From Felis catus (taxonomy: Eukaryota): 64,000 nt of DNA. Under the pieces are notes generated by a model that was not told where the DNA came from, did not search any database, and saw only the letters and a program-made list of their open reading frames with translations. Positions 62,116-64,000 of this stretch are shown piece by piece. The stretch is taken from positions 171,432,001 through 171,496,000 of the forward strand of contig NC_058368.1 in assembly GCF_018350175.1 (NCBI RefSeq), given 5' to 3'. The position numbers were made by a program, and so were the translations under genes. Positions within the stretch are counted from its first letter, which is position 1, and each line of letters starts with the position of its first letter.

Positions 62116-64000
62116 AAGGACAAGGGGCTTTATTTCAGGAGGCTAGTCACATTTGGTAAAGTAAGCTAATCAGGGGATTGCTATAGTTTCTTAAGGACCC
62201 AAATCTAGCTCCTGTCATCATTTTCGTCTCTGGACTGTTAGTCACTATAGGTTAATATGGGTCCACACAGTTCTCTACAGTTTACACAACACTGCAATGC
62301 CAGTGTCCAATGCTTTACGGTACCTTCCTTGTTCGTTTTTTAACATGTTATATGTGAACGTTTCAAGCTTGTGTGCATCAGACCATGACCAGGCTTTTGT
62401 GTGGTTTGGCTCTGTTCACGTTTGAGTGCCCTCGTCTTAAGTGACCCTTGCCTTCAATTCAGGAAGAGTGGCTGTCAGAAACAAAATCAACTTTCCCAGG
62501 ATCTATTTAGCTACTTGATCTGGGGGAAATTCTTAAAAGTCATTCCTGTGATGTCAAAATTTGGTGATGGATATGCACGGATTTTCAGTTACAAAAACAC
62601 TTTGCATTTTAATAGTATTAGGAATCTCACAAAATTTGTAGCTCAATTTGACACCTATCAACCTAAATTAAACTTTTGATGTCATTTAAATGTTGCCAAT
62701 GCTTTTAATTTACAGAGTAGGCATGAGGATAAATGTGTGACATTAAGTGAAAAAAGATTTTTCTAAGCAAGTGACAATGCCTTATTCTGTTATTATGAGG
62801 GGAAGGACAAATAGCCAATTAGTAAAGCAGGATTTCAATATATAAATGATTTCATTTTAAGAACACTCAAATCTGATAAATTTGTAAACTTTTGGGTTAA
62901 ATTTTATCCAATTTATTCACATTTTCTTATCTAAATTAAAAGATAAAAAACCTGTATCTGATGCTTAAGACAATCAGGGCAGATTACAACTGTTCCCAAT
63001 GCAACAGATTATGTATTAGGTTCCAGTAAAACTCACCTGATTTCATATTGCCTAACCCCACGATTTATCATAAGAAATGTGATATTCATGAATTAAGAAT
63101 GAGCTTTTAATTGGAGATACAGTTTAATGTTATAGTTGTTACAGTGACAGTACAAAGTCACTATGCCTTGGTTTCACCAACTTTAGACTGAGTACTATGG
63201 AAAAAATGGCAGAAAGCATAGCAAGTTAGCAAAATAAGACATTTTTTCTAACACCACAAATTATGGTCAAACAGGAGAATTTGGCAAAACAGCCACTCAT
63301 TAAATTAGGCAAAACAAAACTGAATCTTGAAACACAAAATTTGGAAAATAGAAGTGTTTCATCATCTAGTGGCTAATTCTTTAAAGTTCAAATGCCTGAC
63401 ATCAGCCCATTCATCCCAAACAGGCAGCCAGATTCCTGCTTTTTTAAGAGTTTCTTCATTCAAAAAGCCCAAGGGTGGTATTTAAGCAGTTACTGCTTTA
63501 GCAAAAACATAGAGACTTTTAAGACACTGATTTTGCTACATGTCAACTGCAAGATCAAACAAGGCATTCTGCTAAAAAGCTGAAGGCTAGATTATAAAGA
63601 ATTGGGTGTGGAGGAGAAAGATGCTAGGAAAATATGTCTACACATGAAAGATCGTTTCTCTGGTTGGTCTGCTTCCAATTTCTCCTTCCCTGACCCCAGT
63701 ACTCTCCTGGATCCCTCTGCTTTCCTCATCACCAAAGTGATCAACTTGGGAGTGTGAGCCGGGTGGAAATGAAGGCATTGCATCCTCTGCTCCTTTGGCG
63801 GAGCTACCAAAGTACACACTGAGAGCGACACAGTGTGTCACAGACATCCTTCCTCGTGGGTCAGAAAGGCAGGTTCAAAAACAAGAAAGGCACTTCTGAA
63901 CCTGCGAAGTCATCTGCTCGGTCCCTGAGGTCCTCGGAGTAGAATGAAAGCGTTCTAGCTAAAGAACTTGTGATCTACACCTGTGCATGCCGGAGGGGCT

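Noticed and set aside
56700..64000. Further upstream EPB41L4A exons (FERM-adjacent region)
   Set aside because: No matching open exon found; the preceding exon appears to lie beyond the window end.
1..64000. CRISPR arrays, operons, tRNA genes or other prokaryote-type systems
   Set aside because: The sequence is mammalian. The recurring ~200-bp repeats are dispersed SINEs with tRNA-derived heads, not spacer arrays or functional tRNAs.

Overview
Mammalian (felid) genomic DNA, judged from abundant carnivore tRNA-derived SINEs including young SINEC_Fc-type copies and cat-type L1 3' ends. Two genes converge tail-to-tail. (1) The 3' half of EPB41L4A (band 4.1-like 4A/NBL4) lies on the minus strand: 11 coding exons from 56672 to 8900, all GT-AG, splice into one open frame of 325 codons including the stop, encoding the Arg/Ser-rich C-terminal tail. 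The FERM-domain exons lie beyond the right edge. (2) On the plus strand, a CpG-island/5'TOP promoter at about 4750-5350 drives the short multi-exon non-coding host gene EPB41L4A-AS1, which carries the H/ACA snoRNA SNORA13 (5813-5946). The rest is intronic or intergenic and repeat-rich: about 40 SINEs, a decayed L1 of about 8 kb, L2/MIR, MLT1/MER21/LTR16/LTR33-like LTRs and hAT MITEs. I found no convincing new biological system. The most notable observations are an apparently frameshifted EPB41L4A C-terminus (KMDLIQ*), eight consecutive frame-symmetric exons, a SINE apparently copied from its inverted neighbour, a 40-bp L1 insertion with a perfect TSD, and a small spliced ORF plus extra hairpins in the snoRNA host gene. 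Gene and repeat names come from my recognition of the sequence, not from database searches.
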